Below, one piece after another: positions 16,866 through 26,721 of a stretch of DNA of 64,000 nucleotides. Numbering within the stretch: the first letter of the stretch is position 1; the number at the start of each line of letters is the position of its first letter. The translations under genes were made by a program, and so were the position numbers. The stretch comes from Bacteroidales bacterium UBA1187 (GTDB lineage: Bacteria; Bacteroidota; Bacteroidia; Bacteroidales; Paludibacteraceae), in the NCBI GenBank assembly GCA_002309835.1, contig DBYL01000019.1, positions 5,937-69,936 of the forward strand, given 5' to 3'. The notes below the pieces were generated by a model, which was given only the letters and a program-made list of their open reading frames with translations, ran no database searches and was not told the DNA's origin.

Positions 16866-18215
16866 ATGGAAAAAAAATTCTATATAGAGACCTATGGCTG
16901 CCAGATGAATGTGGCGGATAGCGAGGTAGTGGCCGCCATCATGCAGACGACCGATGCGCAGCTTACCGAGCAATGGGAAGATGCGGATATTATCCTTCTC
17001 AATACCTGCTCTATTCGCGATAACGCAGAGCAGAAAGTTGGCGCACGCCTGCGTGAACTAAAGGCCAAATCGACTCAGAATCGCTCAAAGGTCGTTCAAC
17101 GCGGAGATAAGATTACTATTGGCGTTATCGGATGCATGGCCGAGCGCATGGGACAAGAACTGATCAAGGAATACGGAGTGGATTTTGTGGCCGGCCCGGA
17201 TGCCTATCTGGATATCCCGAACCTACTGGCACAATGCGAACAGGGACATAAGGCGATGAATGTGGAGTTGAGTACCACTGAGACATATCGCCAGATCATC
17301 CCAGCCCGTATAGGACGCTCCATCAGCGGCTTCGTTTCTATTATGCGCGGCTGTAATAATTTCTGCTCGTATTGCGTAGTGCCGTATACACGAGGACGCG
17401 AACGCAGCCGAGATGTAGACTCCATCCTAAATGAAGTACGTGACCTGCAGAAACGCGGATACAAAGAAGTGACGCTATTGGGACAGAATGTAAACTCCTA
17501 TCGCTTCACCCGCGAGGATGGTACGACAGTAGATTTCGCAGACCTGCTGGAGATAGTGGCTGATGCCGTTCCGGATATGCGTATTCGTTTTACCACCAGT
17601 CACCCCAAGGATATGTCGGATAAGACGCTGGAAGCTATCAGTCGTCATGCGAACCTCTGTAAGTTTATCCATCTGGCGGTACAATCCGGTTCGAATCATA
17701 TCCTCAAACTGATGAACCGTAAATATACGCGAGAGTGGTACTTGGAACGTATCGCGGCCATTAGACGTATCTTACCCGAAGCAGCTATCAGTACGGATAT
17801 ATTCTGCGGATTCCACGACGAAACGCTCGAGGATCATGCGCAGACACTTAGCCTCATGCGAGAGGTTGGTTTCGATACCGCATTTATGTTTAAATATTCC
17901 GAGCGACCGGGCACCTATGCGCAGAAACATCTGCCGGATAATATCTCAGAAGAAGAGAAAGTGCGCCGTCTCAATGAGATCATTGCGCTGCAGAATCAAT
18001 TATCCCTTGAATCCAACCAACGCGAGATAGGTAAGACCGTAGAAGTGCTGGTGGAAGGCTTCTCCAAACGCAGCCATGAAGATATGTACGGACGTACCGA
18101 TAGATACAAGACCGTGGTATTCCCGCGCACTGACCAAAAGATAGGCGATCTGGTCCTCGTACGTGTATTAGAGGCCTCTGCCGCTACATTAAAGGGCGAA
18201 ATTGTTAAAAAATAA
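16866..18215 (+). CDS. miaB: tRNA-2-methylthio-N6-dimethylallyladenosine synthase MiaB
   Basis: MEKKFYIETYGCQMNVADSE N-terminus, radical-SAM CNNFCSYCVVP motif and TRAM-like C-terminus. Start moved to ATG 16866 because the ORF-track start at 16743 reads through the antisense tRNA-Pro and its promoter. Confidence 0.9.
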   Translation: MEKKFYIETYGCQMNVADSEVVAAIMQTTDAQLTEQWEDADIILLNTCSIRDNAEQKVGARLRELKAKSTQNRSKVVQRGDKITIGVIGCMAERMGQELIKEYGVDFVAGPDAYLDIPNLLAQCEQGHKAMNVELSTTETYRQIIPARIGRSISGFVSIMRGCNNFCSYCVVPYTRGRERSRDVDSILNEVRDLQKRGYKEVTLLGQNVNSYRFTREDGTTVDFADLLEIVADAVPDMRIRFTTSHPKDMSDKTLEAISRHANLCKFIHLAVQSGSNHILKLMNRKYTREWYLERIAAIRRILPEAAISTDIFCGFHDETLEDHAQTLSLMREVGFDTAFMFKYSERPGTYAQKHLPDNISEEEKVRRLNEIIALQNQLSLESNQREIGKTVEVLVEGFSKRSHEDMYGRTDRYKTVVFPRTDQKIGDLVLVRVLEASAATLKGEIVKK

Positions 18216-18243
18216 AGAATTTCTGCATTTTTTTGTTCAAAAA

Positions 18244-18275
18244 TTTGGCTATATAAAATAAAAGCAGTACTTTTG
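18244..18275 (+). promoter_or_regulatory. Bacteroidota-type promoter upstream of the greA leader
   Basis: aTTTGgctatataaaataaaagcagTActTTTG, with a 20-nt spacer. Predicted TSS near 18282. Confidence 0.6.
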
Positions 18276-18281
18276 CACTGA

Positions 18282-18355
18282 AAACAAATAAATTTTCATA
18301 GTTAAGGTTTAGGTTTAATGGCAATAGGAGGCTGTGAAGTTTCCTATTGCTTTTT
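18282..18355 (+). ncRNA. Candidate short leader RNA or attenuator upstream of greA
   Basis: It runs from the predicted TSS to the first hairpin plus T-run, ~74 nt. Support is only the promoter and terminator geometry. Confidence 0.3.
18321..18355 (+). terminator. Intrinsic terminator-like hairpin 1 in the greA leader
   Basis: GCAATAGGA (18321-18329) pairs perfectly with TCCTATTGC (18342-18350) and is followed by TTTTT. Confidence 0.6.
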
Positions 18356-18369
18356 AAAAAAACTGCAAC

Positions 18370-18394
18370 GAAGTGGAGACTCCGCTTCTTTTTT
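18370..18394 (+). terminator. Intrinsic terminator-like hairpin 2 in the greA leader
   Basis: GAAGTGG...CCGCTTC stem (one G-T wobble) followed by TTTTTT (18389-18394). Confidence 0.5.
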
Positions 18395-18522
18395 ATACAA
18401 ATGGAAGAGAAGAAAGATACACAGAATGCGATACCCGATTTGACGGATATTGAGCAGGTTCGCAAAGCTATTATTGCGAACGAGATACTTAATCGAAAAT
18501 ATTAAAATACTATATTGATATT

Positions 18523-18993
18523 ATGGCAGTAACGTACATGACCGAAGAAGGTCTGCAAAAATTAAAAGAGGAGCTTCAGTTCTTGGAGACTGTAGAGCGC
18601 CCACGTGTCATTGCCGCTATAGCAGAGGCACGCGAAAAAGGTGATTTGAGTGAAAATGCGGAGTATGACGCAGCAAAAGAAGAGCAAGGAGTCTTAGAGA
18701 GTAAGATCGCTCAGATTAAGACGCGTCTGATGGAGGCACGTGTGCTGAATACAGAGGATGTCAAGACAGACGAGGTACAAATCCTCACGCGCGTCAAAGT
18801 ACGCGTTCGCTCTACCGGAAAGGAGAAAACATACCAACTGGTAACGGAAGGCGAAGCTAATTCGCTGGAAGGAAAAATCGCTGTGACTACTCCTATCGCC
18901 AAAGGATTGATGGGAAAGAAAGTCGGCGAAGTAGCTCAAGTACAGGTACCGGCCGGTTTGCTCGAATTAGAAATTCTGGAGATCTCTCTTTAA
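18523..18993 (+). CDS. greA: Transcription elongation factor GreA
   Basis: 156 aa. N-terminal coiled coil with GDLSENAEYDAAKEEQ, followed by a C-terminal globular domain. Confidence 0.9.
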   Translation: MAVTYMTEEGLQKLKEELQFLETVERPRVIAAIAEAREKGDLSENAEYDAAKEEQGVLESKIAQIKTRLMEARVLNTEDVKTDEVQILTRVKVRVRSTGKEKTYQLVTEGEANSLEGKIAVTTPIAKGLMGKKVGEVAQVQVPAGLLELEILEISL

Positions 18994-19005
18994 TCATTTT
19001 GAATT

Positions 19006-19413
19006 ATGACTATTTTCACACGTATTATCAAAGGTGAGATTCCGAGCTATAAAGTAGCGGAGGACGAGAAGAACTATGCCTTCCTGGATATCAATCCGCT
19101 GGTAAAAGGCCACACACTCGTAGTACCGAAACTGCAAGAGCCTGAGAGCGATTATCTCTTTGATCTCACGGACGAGCAATACGAGAGCCTCATGCGCTTT
19201 GCTAAGCGCGTAGCGAAAGGTCTTAAGGCAGCTATGGGTTGTAAACGCGTAGGCGTAGCGGTATTAGGCATGGAAGTCAATCACGTGCATATCCATCTTG
19301 TTCCACTGAATTCGGAGAAAGATATGCTCTTCTCTAACCCCAAACTCAGTTTGCCGGCAGAGGAGATGGCATTCATCGCCAATTCTATCGCAGAGGCAAT
19401 AGACAAAGCATAA
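19006..19413 (+). CDS. HIT-family (histidine triad) protein
   Basis: MTIFTRIIKGEIPSYKV... N-terminus and the histidine triad HVHIHLVP. Confidence 0.85.
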   Translation: MTIFTRIIKGEIPSYKVAEDEKNYAFLDINPLVKGHTLVVPKLQEPESDYLFDLTDEQYESLMRFAKRVAKGLKAAMGCKRVGVAVLGMEVNHVHIHLVPLNSEKDMLFSNPKLSLPAEEMAFIANSIAEAIDKA

Positions 19414-19419
19414 CATAAT

Positions 19420-19445
19420 GAAGGGTGGTCGCTTGACCACCCTTC
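19420..19445. terminator. Convergent-gene terminator hairpin (HIT gene / psuG)
   Basis: Perfect 11-bp stem GAAGGGTGGTC-gctt-GACCACCCTTC followed by a T-rich tract. It lies between the two convergent stop codons. Confidence 0.7.
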
Positions 19446-19448
19446 TTC

Positions 19449-20360
19449 TTATCTGCTCATTGCCGCAGCCGTGAGTGCTGCCAGACGAGCATTATTAAGT
19501 ACCAATTGGATATTAGCTGCCAAACTGTCACCGCCCGTTAGATCTTTCACTTTTGCCAATAGGAACGGAGTACATTGCTTGCCATGAATACCTTGCTGAT
19601 CCGCTTCTTTCAACGCACGCTCAATAGCTGCATTAATCACATCGGCTGGCATGGAGAATTCTTCAGGAATAGGGTTGGTTACCAGCATACCGCCTTTCAA
19701 ACCGCAGTCCATCTTTGCTTTAAAAGCCGCAGCCAGTTCTTCGGGAGTATCAATTCGATAATCCACTCCGAATCCGCTATGACGCGTATAGAATGCCGGC
19801 AGTTCATCCGTGCCGTATCCTATTACAGGCACTCCTTTGGTCTCCAGATATTCCAGAGTGAGACCTAAATCCAATATTGACTTCGCTCCTGCACAGATAA
19901 CCATCACAGGGGTCTGTGCCAATTCCTCCAAGTCAGCAGAGATATCGAAGGTCTGTTGTGCACCGCGATGCACACCACCTATACCGCCTGTGGCGAACAC
20001 ATGAATACCCGCCATAGCGGCAATCATCATCGTAGTGGTGACCGTCGTAGCACCATCCTCCTTGCGGGCAAGCAGAACAGGCAAATCGCGACGCGAAGCC
20101 TTGATAACCGCCTGACCTTTCTTACCCAGATACTCAATCTCTTCATGCGTACAGCCGGCTTTTAACTTGCCGCCGATGATAGCGATAGTTGCCGGAACGG
20201 CTCCGTTATCTCGTATAGTCTGCTCTACGCGCAATGCCGTCTCTACGTTTTGCGGATAAGGCATACCGTGACTGATGATGGTGGACTCGAGGGCTACAAC
20301 TGGCTTGCCCTCACGGAGGGCCTGCTGCACCTCCTCGGAAATAGATAAGAACTGATTCAT
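19449..20360 (-). CDS. psuG: Pseudouridine-5'-phosphate glycosidase
   Basis: Colinear with E. coli YeiN/PsuG as recalled: [54 protein letters not shown]. Confidence 0.9.
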   Translation of the reverse strand: MNQFLSISEEVQQALREGKPVVALESTIISHGMPYPQNVETALRVEQTIRDNGAVPATIAIIGGKLKAGCTHEEIEYLGKKGQAVIKASRRDLPVLLARKEDGATTVTTTMMIAAMAGIHVFATGGIGGVHRGAQQTFDISADLEELAQTPVMVICAGAKSILDLGLTLEYLETKGVPVIGYGTDELPAFYTRHSGFGVDYRIDTPEELAAAFKAKMDCGLKGGMLVTNPIPEEFSMPADVINAAIERALKEADQQGIHGKQCTPFLLAKVKDLTGGDSLAANIQLVLNNARLAALTAAAMSR

Positions 20361-20361
20361 G

Positions 20362-21258
20362 TTATAATAGTATATTTGCTATATCTGGATTAACGGCCTT
20401 AGGGCTCATGAGAGTTGCTCGGGCAGCCATAAGACCATACTGCGCTGTCTGTGGGAACTGCAGACCTTTGACTAAAGCAAACACCACACCCGCCAGGAAT
20501 GCATCTCCGGCACCTGTGGTATTGACAATATCTCCGGGCAGAGCCGGGAATAACCATTCCTCAGCAGCATTGCGACAATAGACCCCCTCACTACCCAAAG
20601 TAATATATACGTGCGCCACACCCATATTCAATAACTGCTGTGCTGCCTCAGCGTACGTAGTCGTCTCTGTGACGGCTAAAGCTTCTTTGAGGTTTAACTT
20701 CAGCGTATGCAGATAAGGTAACTTACATTTACGCAGAGCGTTAATCACACGATGCGCTTTAGTTGAACTCACGCCATCAATAAGCAGCGGAGCTGTAGTA
20801 TTCTCCATTAGATAACGAATAGCATCCTCACTGATATTGGTATCCGCTACGATATATTCCGATTGATTGATTTCTCCTATCCGTTTGGCTAACCATTCCG
20901 GCGTAATCTCTCGTACTGCCTCCGTATCCGCTACAGCCGCAATCATCTCGCCTCCGTGATTATTGATGCAAAGATAAATGCCGCTACGCAAAGACGAATG
21001 TTTCTCCGATAGATGAATATCAATCCCCTGCTGCTTACAATAATCGTGCAGCAAACCGCCGAAAAGATCTCCACCGAATACGGTCAACAATTGCGAATTA
21101 GCGCCGAGTAGAGATAAGTTATGCGCAATATTTCGCGCCACTCCTCCATAGCCGATCTCTACATGCCCCGGATTGGAATCCGCAGCGATAAATGCATCCG
21201 ATAAAGTAGCAGATAAATCTACATTTGCACCGCCTATGACGGAAATAAGTGTCTCCAT
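20362..21258 (-). CDS. psuK: PfkB-family kinase, probable pseudouridine kinase
   Basis: Ribokinase-like motifs (VIGGANVDL; TGAGDAF). Its stop is 1 nt upstream of the psuG start. Start set at ATG 21258 because the TTG at 21300 lies inside the -7 box. Confidence 0.7.
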   Translation of the reverse strand: METLISVIGGANVDLSATLSDAFIAADSNPGHVEIGYGGVARNIAHNLSLLGANSQLLTVFGGDLFGGLLHDYCKQQGIDIHLSEKHSSLRSGIYLCINNHGGEMIAAVADTEAVREITPEWLAKRIGEINQSEYIVADTNISEDAIRYLMENTTAPLLIDGVSSTKAHRVINALRKCKLPYLHTLKLNLKEALAVTETTTYAEAAQQLLNMGVAHVYITLGSEGVYCRNAAEEWLFPALPGDIVNTTGAGDAFLAGVVFALVKGLQFPQTAQYGLMAARATLMSPKAVNPDIANILL

Positions 21259-21297
21259 GGTTGTTCCTTGTTTGATGAGAACCTTTCTTTGCGACTG

Positions 21298-21329
21298 CAA
21301 AGATACTGCTTTTTGTTGGAATATGCAAA
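21298..21329 (-). promoter_or_regulatory. Bacteroidota-type promoter for psuK-psuG
   Basis: Minus strand reads aTTTGcatattccaacaaaaagcagTAtcTTTG, with a 20-nt spacer. Confidence 0.6.
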
Positions 21330-21340
21330 TTTATTCCTAT

Positions 21341-21370
21341 AAAAACAAAGAAGGTTGTCTCACGACAACC
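21341..21370 (-). terminator. Intrinsic terminator (minus strand) between two promoters
   Basis: Minus strand reads GGTTGTC-gtga-GACAACC (GNRA-type loop) followed by ttctttgttttt. Confidence 0.55.
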
Positions 21371-21411
21371 CAACCTTTTTACTTAACCTTAAATCTAATA
21401 CCATGAAAAAC
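21341..21411 (-). ncRNA. Candidate ~70-nt small RNA (promoter plus terminator unit)
   Basis: Bounded by the promoter at 21418-21449 and the terminator at 21341-21370. No ORF lies inside. Support is geometric only. Confidence 0.3.
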
Positions 21412-21417
21412 ACGATG

Positions 21418-21449
21418 CAAAAGTACTGCTTTTTTACAAATCCACCAAA
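21418..21449 (-). promoter_or_regulatory. Bacteroidota-type promoter driving the candidate small RNA
   Basis: Minus strand reads aTTTGgtggatttgtaaaaaagcagTActTTTG, with a 20-nt spacer. Confidence 0.55.
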
Positions 21450-21532
21450 TATTTTGTAAAAAATATGTTATAAAACATAATTTTGTAAGTCTTACTTTGC
21501 AAATTTTGCCTTTCGTGGAAATATACGTAATT

Positions 21533-22213
21533 TTATTCTCCTTCTAACAAATCCGGCCTTCTTTCCTTTGTATGCTCTAAGGATTGCTCATACATCCATT
21601 CTTCTATCTTGACCTGATGTCCGCTTAGAAGTATTTCCGGTACTTTCCATCCTTTGTATTCCGCGGGGCGCGTATATATACCCGCTTCTAACAATCCATC
21701 TTGGAAGGAATCATTGAGCGCAGACTCCACATCTCCGAGTGCACCTGGCAGTAAACGCACAATAGCGTCCGTCATCATTGCAGCCGGCATCTCTCCTCCG
21801 GTTAGCACAAAGTCTCCAATCGAATATTCTTTCGTAATCAGATGATCACGCACACGCTGATCTACTCCTTTATAATGCCCGCATAGGATGATGATATTCT
21901 CCTTGAGCGACAAGGTATTTGCAGCTTTCTGGTCAAAGCGCTCGCCGTCAGGGGCAGTAAAGATAATCTCATCGTAATGGCGTTTAGAGGTCAGATGGGT
22001 GATGAGACGGTCGATAGGTTCAATCTGAAGTACCATCCCAGCACTAAACCCGAACGCATAGTCATCTATCTTACGATGCTTATCCAGCGTCCAGTCACGT
22101 AAGTTATGCACGTAAATCTCACAAAGGCCCTTGGTCTTCGCGCGTTGAATAATAGAGTGATTGAGTGGCGACTCCAGCAGTTCCGGGCACGCCGAGATGA
22201 TATCTATTCTCAT
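21533..22213 (-). CDS. trmD: tRNA (guanine37-N1)-methyltransferase TrmD
   Basis: [26 protein letters not shown]... and the ~226-aa TrmD layout. Start moved to ATG 22213; the ORF-track extension overlaps yidD. Confidence 0.9.
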   Translation of the reverse strand: MRIDIISACPELLESPLNHSIIQRAKTKGLCEIYVHNLRDWTLDKHRKIDDYAFGFSAGMVLQIEPIDRLITHLTSKRHYDEIIFTAPDGERFDQKAANTLSLKENIIILCGHYKGVDQRVRDHLITKEYSIGDFVLTGGEMPAAMMTDAIVRLLPGALGDVESALNDSFQDGLLEAGIYTRPAEYKGWKVPEILLSGHQVKIEEWMYEQSLEHTKERRPDLLEGE

Positions 22214-22227
22214 AAGTTCTATGCTTT

Positions 22228-22470
22228 TTAGGGAACAGGATCGTAGCCACTTCCTCCCCATGGATGGCAACGCAAAATGCGCTTGATGCCTAACCAACCA
22301 CCTTTGAAAATGCCGTATTTAAGCACCGCTTCCACCATATATTGACTACATGTAGGCGTATATCGACACGATGGCGGCGTGAGCGGAGAGATGAAGACCC
22401 GATAGAAATAGACCGGTATCAGGAATATTTTGCGTACTACTATTTTCCATTTCTCACTGCTCATGGGCAA
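22228..22470 (-). CDS. yidD: Membrane protein insertion efficiency factor YidD
   Basis: [10 protein letters not shown] and [12 protein letters not shown] signatures. Located downstream of rnpA. Confidence 0.85.
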   Translation of the reverse strand: MPMSSEKWKIVVRKIFLIPVYFYRVFISPLTPPSCRYTPTCSQYMVEAVLKYGIFKGGWLGIKRILRCHPWGGSGYDPVP

Positions 22471-22801
22471 TCTTTTTAAGTGCTTTTTGTACAGCTTTTT
22501 CTATTACGGCAAACGACTGCTCTTCCTTATCCATGTAGTTAAAAGCAATCTGGTAATGCGCATCGTCTAAAAGCGCTTGGTTGAGACGATAGGCCTCCCG
22601 CATGAGACGTCTAAGGTGATTGCGCTGAATCGCATGTTTGAAGAGCGATTTGGGTGCCCAAATAAGGACTTGCGTTTCGTTGTCCGCCTTTGCCCATGTT
22701 ACACGCAAAGGCCACGCTACAAAGCGCTTGCCCTCGCGATAGAACTGCGCAATGCGCAATGATCCGCATAGCTTATTCTGTTTCGGGAACCCGTACCCCA
22801 T
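22454..22801 (-). CDS. rnpA: Ribonuclease P protein component
   Basis: 115-aa basic protein (…[17 protein letters not shown]…) directly upstream of yidD, the classic arrangement. Confidence 0.8.
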   Translation of the reverse strand: MGYGFPKQNKLCGSLRIAQFYREGKRFVAWPLRVTWAKADNETQVLIWAPKSLFKHAIQRNHLRRLMREAYRLNQALLDDAHYQIAFNYMDKEEQSFAVIEKAVQKALKKIAHEQ

Positions 22802-22807
22802 CCTCTC

Positions 22808-23554
22808 TTATTGGTTCTTATCCAGATAATCGGCTATAGCCATCGGCAGCGAAGCGAACTCTTTACCTTGACCGGCCTCAATATCTACACGGAAGCCTGC
22901 TTCTTGTAAGGCACGAATAGTACCGCCTCCGAACGCAGCGATCTTCGTCTCTCCTTGTTCCCAAGTCGGGAAGTTCTCCTTGAGCGCCTTCGCTCCTGCC
23001 GGAGTGAACAAGGCGATGATATCGTAATCAAATGGTTTCTCTGCGGGCCATGGAGTGGTTACCGTACGATACATGATAGCCGGTTGTACCTCGATATCAT
23101 TATTCGCAAACATGTTGATCTGATCCTGCGTGTGAATATCCGATAATACCATTAGATATTTCTCGTTCGGACGACGATGCATAGCGGGCAGAAGATCCTC
23201 AAACTTATTACCGCTCTCCGGGAAGAATACTTTCCGCTTGCGATACTGGATGAACTTCTGCAGATAAAGACCTACCTGCTCAGAATTGCAGTAATAATGC
23301 ATAGTGTCCGGCACGTTGAGACGCATCTCTTCGCAAAGACGGAAATAATGCTCTATACCTAATCTTGAATTGAGAATGACGGCCGTATAATCCAGCGGAT
23401 TGATATGCTGCTGACGGAATTCACGTGCCGTCAATCCCTCAATGTGAATAAACTGATAGAACTCACATTGAACGCCAAACTGCTCTTCTAAGCGTGAATA
23501 AGGATTGTGCGCAGTCTCCGGTTGAGGCTGCGAAAAAAGTATTTTTTGTATCAT
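22808..23554 (-). CDS. HemD-like (uroporphyrinogen-III synthase family) protein
   Basis: ~249 aa from ATG 23554 (MIQKILFSQPQPE...), with an ATGA overlap to the upstream gene's stop. Family assigned from recalled Bacteroidales synteny (membrane protein, hemD-like, rnpA). Not verified. Confidence 0.5.
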   Translation of the reverse strand: MIQKILFSQPQPETAHNPYSRLEEQFGVQCEFYQFIHIEGLTAREFRQQHINPLDYTAVILNSRLGIEHYFRLCEEMRLNVPDTMHYYCNSEQVGLYLQKFIQYRKRKVFFPESGNKFEDLLPAMHRRPNEKYLMVLSDIHTQDQINMFANNDIEVQPAIMYRTVTTPWPAEKPFDYDIIALFTPAGAKALKENFPTWEQGETKIAAFGGGTIRALQEAGFRVDIEAGQGKEFASLPMAIADYLDKNQ

Positions 23555-24204
23555 ATCAGCAATAACGTTTGCGAAGACAGATAAAGGATAATACCTAACG
23601 GTAAGATCTCCAAGGTAATAATATACAGTATAAAATACAGGATAGCCATCGGTGTATTGATGAAAACCCGCGCAGAGCGATAGATCCACAGCAGCACAAA
23701 GACAATCGTCATGATTCCTACGACCCAACGACTTCCTTCCCGATTACCCATACGTAGCAGTACTAACAGGCACGGATAGAGAATGCATGCCACCATCGTG
23801 AAAATATTCGCGAGATGCTCATATACAGATCCGAAACGACGTGATAGCTCGAATGTATAATCCAATAACACATTGCACAACATCTTCACCGCAATTATCA
23901 CAAAGATCACTGTGCATATCGCGATAAAAGCACTAAAGGTGAAGGACTCATCCGGACATAAGCATAGACATAAACCCATCGCAAAAGTGCCGATGCGGAA
24001 GAGGGTGATGAGGAACTGACTCAAGTAATTGGTGGGGGCATCTTTATATGCCCGCTCAATATGCACACGCAGCGAAGCACCGGACTTAGTAATCACACCC
24101 GGTTGCAAGAACTCACTAACGACCGCAAAGAGCAGAAGGACGAACATCATCCAAGCACTCCACGCTGCATTTAACGGAGATACTATGTGCGCTATGCTTT
24201 CCAT
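23551..24204 (-). CDS. Multi-pass membrane protein (DUF4271-like)
   Basis: About six hydrophobic segments and no soluble domain. Translationally coupled to the hemD-like gene. Confidence 0.5.
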   Translation of the reverse strand: MESIAHIVSPLNAAWSAWMMFVLLLFAVVSEFLQPGVITKSGASLRVHIERAYKDAPTNYLSQFLITLFRIGTFAMGLCLCLCPDESFTFSAFIAICTVIFVIIAVKMLCNVLLDYTFELSRRFGSVYEHLANIFTMVACILYPCLLVLLRMGNREGSRWVVGIMTIVFVLLWIYRSARVFINTPMAILYFILYIITLEILPLGIILYLSSQTLLLI

Positions 24205-25448
24205 AGATAGAGTTTATCGCCTCGATGAATCAGTTTATCTGTCTTGAGCGAGAAATACTCGCCTTTCTTAATCTGTTTCGCAGGATGTCCTTCCGCATCG
24301 CGTAGTCCTTCTGCGCGGCATTCGTAAACACCTGTTGTCTCTCCGGTGATGAGCAGATCTTGTCCTTCTTCAATACTATCGACCGCCTCCACTAAGAACT
24401 CCGCCACACTCAGTTGCTTGAAGAAATTGGTGCATTTAGCCGCATAAATCTTCGTACGCGTGGCTTTATTACCATACGTGTGCGTCCATTCACCCAAGCG
24501 TTGTCCCTGATAATAACCGTCCCAGAAACCACGGTTAAAGACTCTGCTTAAGCGTTCGTCCCAATCAGCAATCTTTGGCTCTATAACGGCATCGTTGTTA
24601 TACTCCCCGTTCTGCCATGCTTCTACTGCCTCGCGGTAACAACGCACCACGGTATCTACGTATTCCGCGCCGCGGGCACGCCCTTCAATCTTCAGCACGC
24701 GCACACCAGCATCAAGCATCTTGTTCAAGAAATGAATCGTCTTCAGGTCTTTCGGACTCATCACATATTGGTTGTCAATGTCCAGTTCCAAATCCGAAGA
24801 CTTGTCTTTGACAGTATACCCGCGGCGGCAAACCTGTACGCACGCTCCGCGATTGGCGCTGAGACCGTAGTTATTCAGACTCAGGTAGCATTTTCCGCTC
24901 ACCGCCATGCAGAGCGCACCGTGGCAGAACATCTCGATACGTATCGGTTTTCCGTTGCGGCCGCAGATATGTTGCTCTTGGATATCTTTGTAGATAGAAG
25001 CCACCTGCTCCATGTTCAGTTCACGCGCTAAAACAACGACGTCCGCAAACTGCGCATAGAACTTCAGCGCTTCCGTATTAGCAATATTCAATTGCGTGGA
25101 CAGATGCACCTCTTGACCGACCTTGTTGGCATACTGCATCACCGCGATGTCGGACGCGATGACGGCATCCACACCAGTCTTATGCGCGCGATCCACGATC
25201 TCCCGCATCAACGGCAGGTCTTCCGGATACATCACGGTGTTCACCGTCAGGTAAGTCTTCACACCCGCCTCACGGCAACGCGCCACGATAGTATCAATAT
25301 CGTCTGTGGTGAAATTAACCGAACTACGGGCACGCATATTCAAGTGCTCGATACCGAAATAGACACTGGTAGCACCGGCCTCAAGAGCTGCGGCCAGCGA
25401 TTCCCAACACCCCACAGGGGCCATTATTTCGATTTGTTCGTTCTTCAT
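24192..25448 (-). CDS. Peptidase U32 family protein (collagenase-like)
   Basis: [32 protein letters not shown]... and the TIM-barrel-like U32 layout, 418 aa. Confidence 0.8.
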   Translation of the reverse strand: MKNEQIEIMAPVGCWESLAAALEAGATSVYFGIEHLNMRARSSVNFTTDDIDTIVARCREAGVKTYLTVNTVMYPEDLPLMREIVDRAHKTGVDAVIASDIAVMQYANKVGQEVHLSTQLNIANTEALKFYAQFADVVVLARELNMEQVASIYKDIQEQHICGRNGKPIRIEMFCHGALCMAVSGKCYLSLNNYGLSANRGACVQVCRRGYTVKDKSSDLELDIDNQYVMSPKDLKTIHFLNKMLDAGVRVLKIEGRARGAEYVDTVVRCYREAVEAWQNGEYNNDAVIEPKIADWDERLSRVFNRGFWDGYYQGQRLGEWTHTYGNKATRTKIYAAKCTNFFKQLSVAEFLVEAVDSIEEGQDLLITGETTGVYECRAEGLRDAEGHPAKQIKKGEYFSLKTDKLIHRGDKLYLWKA

Positions 25449-26440
25449 TTAATCAATCTCTCCGCAATCTGCACAGCATTCAGCGCCGCACCCTTGCGTA
25501 TCTGGTCACTCACGCACCAGAAACTCAGTCCGTTCTCGTTTGTCAGGTCTTTGCGGATACGTCCCACAAACACCTCATCTTTGCCACTGAGGAACAGCGG
25601 CATAGGGTATATTTTTTTCTCCGGTTCGTCCATCAACACGCACCCTTGCGCCTTCGTGAATGCTTCTTTCGCTTCTGCGACACTGATTGGTCGCTCAGTC
25701 TCCACCCATACACTCTCGCTATGCGCGCGAAGCGAAGGAACTCGTACACAGGTAGCACTCACCTTCACGTCCGAATGCATGATCTTCCGCGTCTCGTTAT
25801 ACATCTTCATCTCCTCTTTGGTGTAGCCGTTATCGGTGAAGACATCGATATGCGGGATGAGGTTATATGCTAACTGGTACGCGAATTTCTCTACGGTTGG
25901 TTGTTCGCCGTTCAGCACCTGACGGTATTGGTTCTCCAACTCTTTCATCGCCTGTGCACCGGCGCCTGAGGCCGCCTGGTAGGTGGATACATGCACGCGC
26001 GTGATATGGCTGAGACGCTCAATCGCCTGAAGTGCTACTACCATCTGTATGGTTGTGCAGTTCGGGTTGGCGATGATGTTACGCGGACGAACGAAAGCGT
26101 CTGCGGAATTCACCTCGGGTACGACCAACGGCACATCCTCGTCCATGCGAAAAGCAGACGAGTTATCAATCATGATAGCACCGAAACGAGTGATGTCCTC
26201 CGCGTATGCACGCGACACGCTCGCGCCCGCGGATACAAAAGCAATATCGACGCCCTTGAAAGCGTCGTCGTGTTGTAAAAGGCGAACCGTGTGTTCTTTG
26301 CCTTTGAAAAGGTATGTCTTGCCGGCACTGCGTTCCGAACCGAAAAGTCGGAGTTCGGAGACGGGGAATTGCCGCTGTTCAAGAACAGCGAGCAACTCCT
26401 GTCCGACGGCGCCTGAAGCGCCAACGATTGCAATTACCAT
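25445..26440 (-). CDS. asd: Aspartate-semialdehyde dehydrogenase
   Basis: [20 protein letters not shown]-binding N-terminus and the active-site region [11 protein letters not shown]. 331 aa. Confidence 0.9.
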   Translation of the reverse strand: MVIAIVGASGAVGQELLAVLEQRQFPVSELRLFGSERSAGKTYLFKGKEHTVRLLQHDDAFKGVDIAFVSAGASVSRAYAEDITRFGAIMIDNSSAFRMDEDVPLVVPEVNSADAFVRPRNIIANPNCTTIQMVVALQAIERLSHITRVHVSTYQAASGAGAQAMKELENQYRQVLNGEQPTVEKFAYQLAYNLIPHIDVFTDNGYTKEEMKMYNETRKIMHSDVKVSATCVRVPSLRAHSESVWVETERPISVAEAKEAFTKAQGCVLMDEPEKKIYPMPLFLSGKDEVFVGRIRKDLTNENGLSFWCVSDQIRKGAALNAVQIAERLIK

Positions 26441-26442
26441 AA

Positions 26443-26637
26443 TTAAGCTAATGCAATGATCGTGTCAGCCTCTGCCTCCGTGAAGGTAATTTTACCCTCG
26501 CGAGCGAGCCAACCAAGTGCCAAGAAAAGCTCCTCGTTTTTCAGTTTCGTAGCTTTCTTGAGGGCCTTCAGACCCTGAGCACCATTCTGCAGTGCACCCC
26601 ATACGAGGCCTGCATTTTCGCCAATTTTCGTAATCAT
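26443..26637 (-). CDS. Small winged-helix protein (DUF2582-like)
   Basis: 64 aa, ...[28 protein letters not shown]..., a pattern typical of small wHTH proteins in Bacteroidales. Confidence 0.5.
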   Translation of the reverse strand: MITKIGENAGLVWGALQNGAQGLKALKKATKLKNEELFLALGWLAREGKITFTEAEADTIIALA

Positions 26638-26721
26638 AATACCTTAAATATATTTATAGTGACTAATACGGGCACTTTGAGGGGTGCCCACCCCTATTTC
26701 TAAACTCTAAATCCTAAACAA

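Noticed and set aside
18205-18465. 86-aa minus-strand ORF in the miaB-greA spacer
   Set aside because: It is a low-complexity Phe/Leu/Lys-rich translation of AT-rich DNA. It spans the + strand promoter and both terminator hairpins and has no promoter of its own.
22214-22297. ORF-track 5' extensions of trmD (to 22297), the hemD-like gene (to 23728), yraN (from 41034), psuK (to 21300), the 59319 gene (from 59214), and the starts at 4423, 56757 and 59060
   Set aside because: The extensions overlap upstream genes or promoter boxes, or begin at non-ATG codons. Internal ATGs give conserved N-termini or clean signal peptides.
26660-26700. GGGCAC...GTGCCC hairpin after fabF, considered as a terminator
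   Set aside because: No T-run follows it on the transcribed (minus) strand, and the downstream wHTH gene has no promoter box of its own, so read-through co-transcription seems more likely. I left it unannotated.
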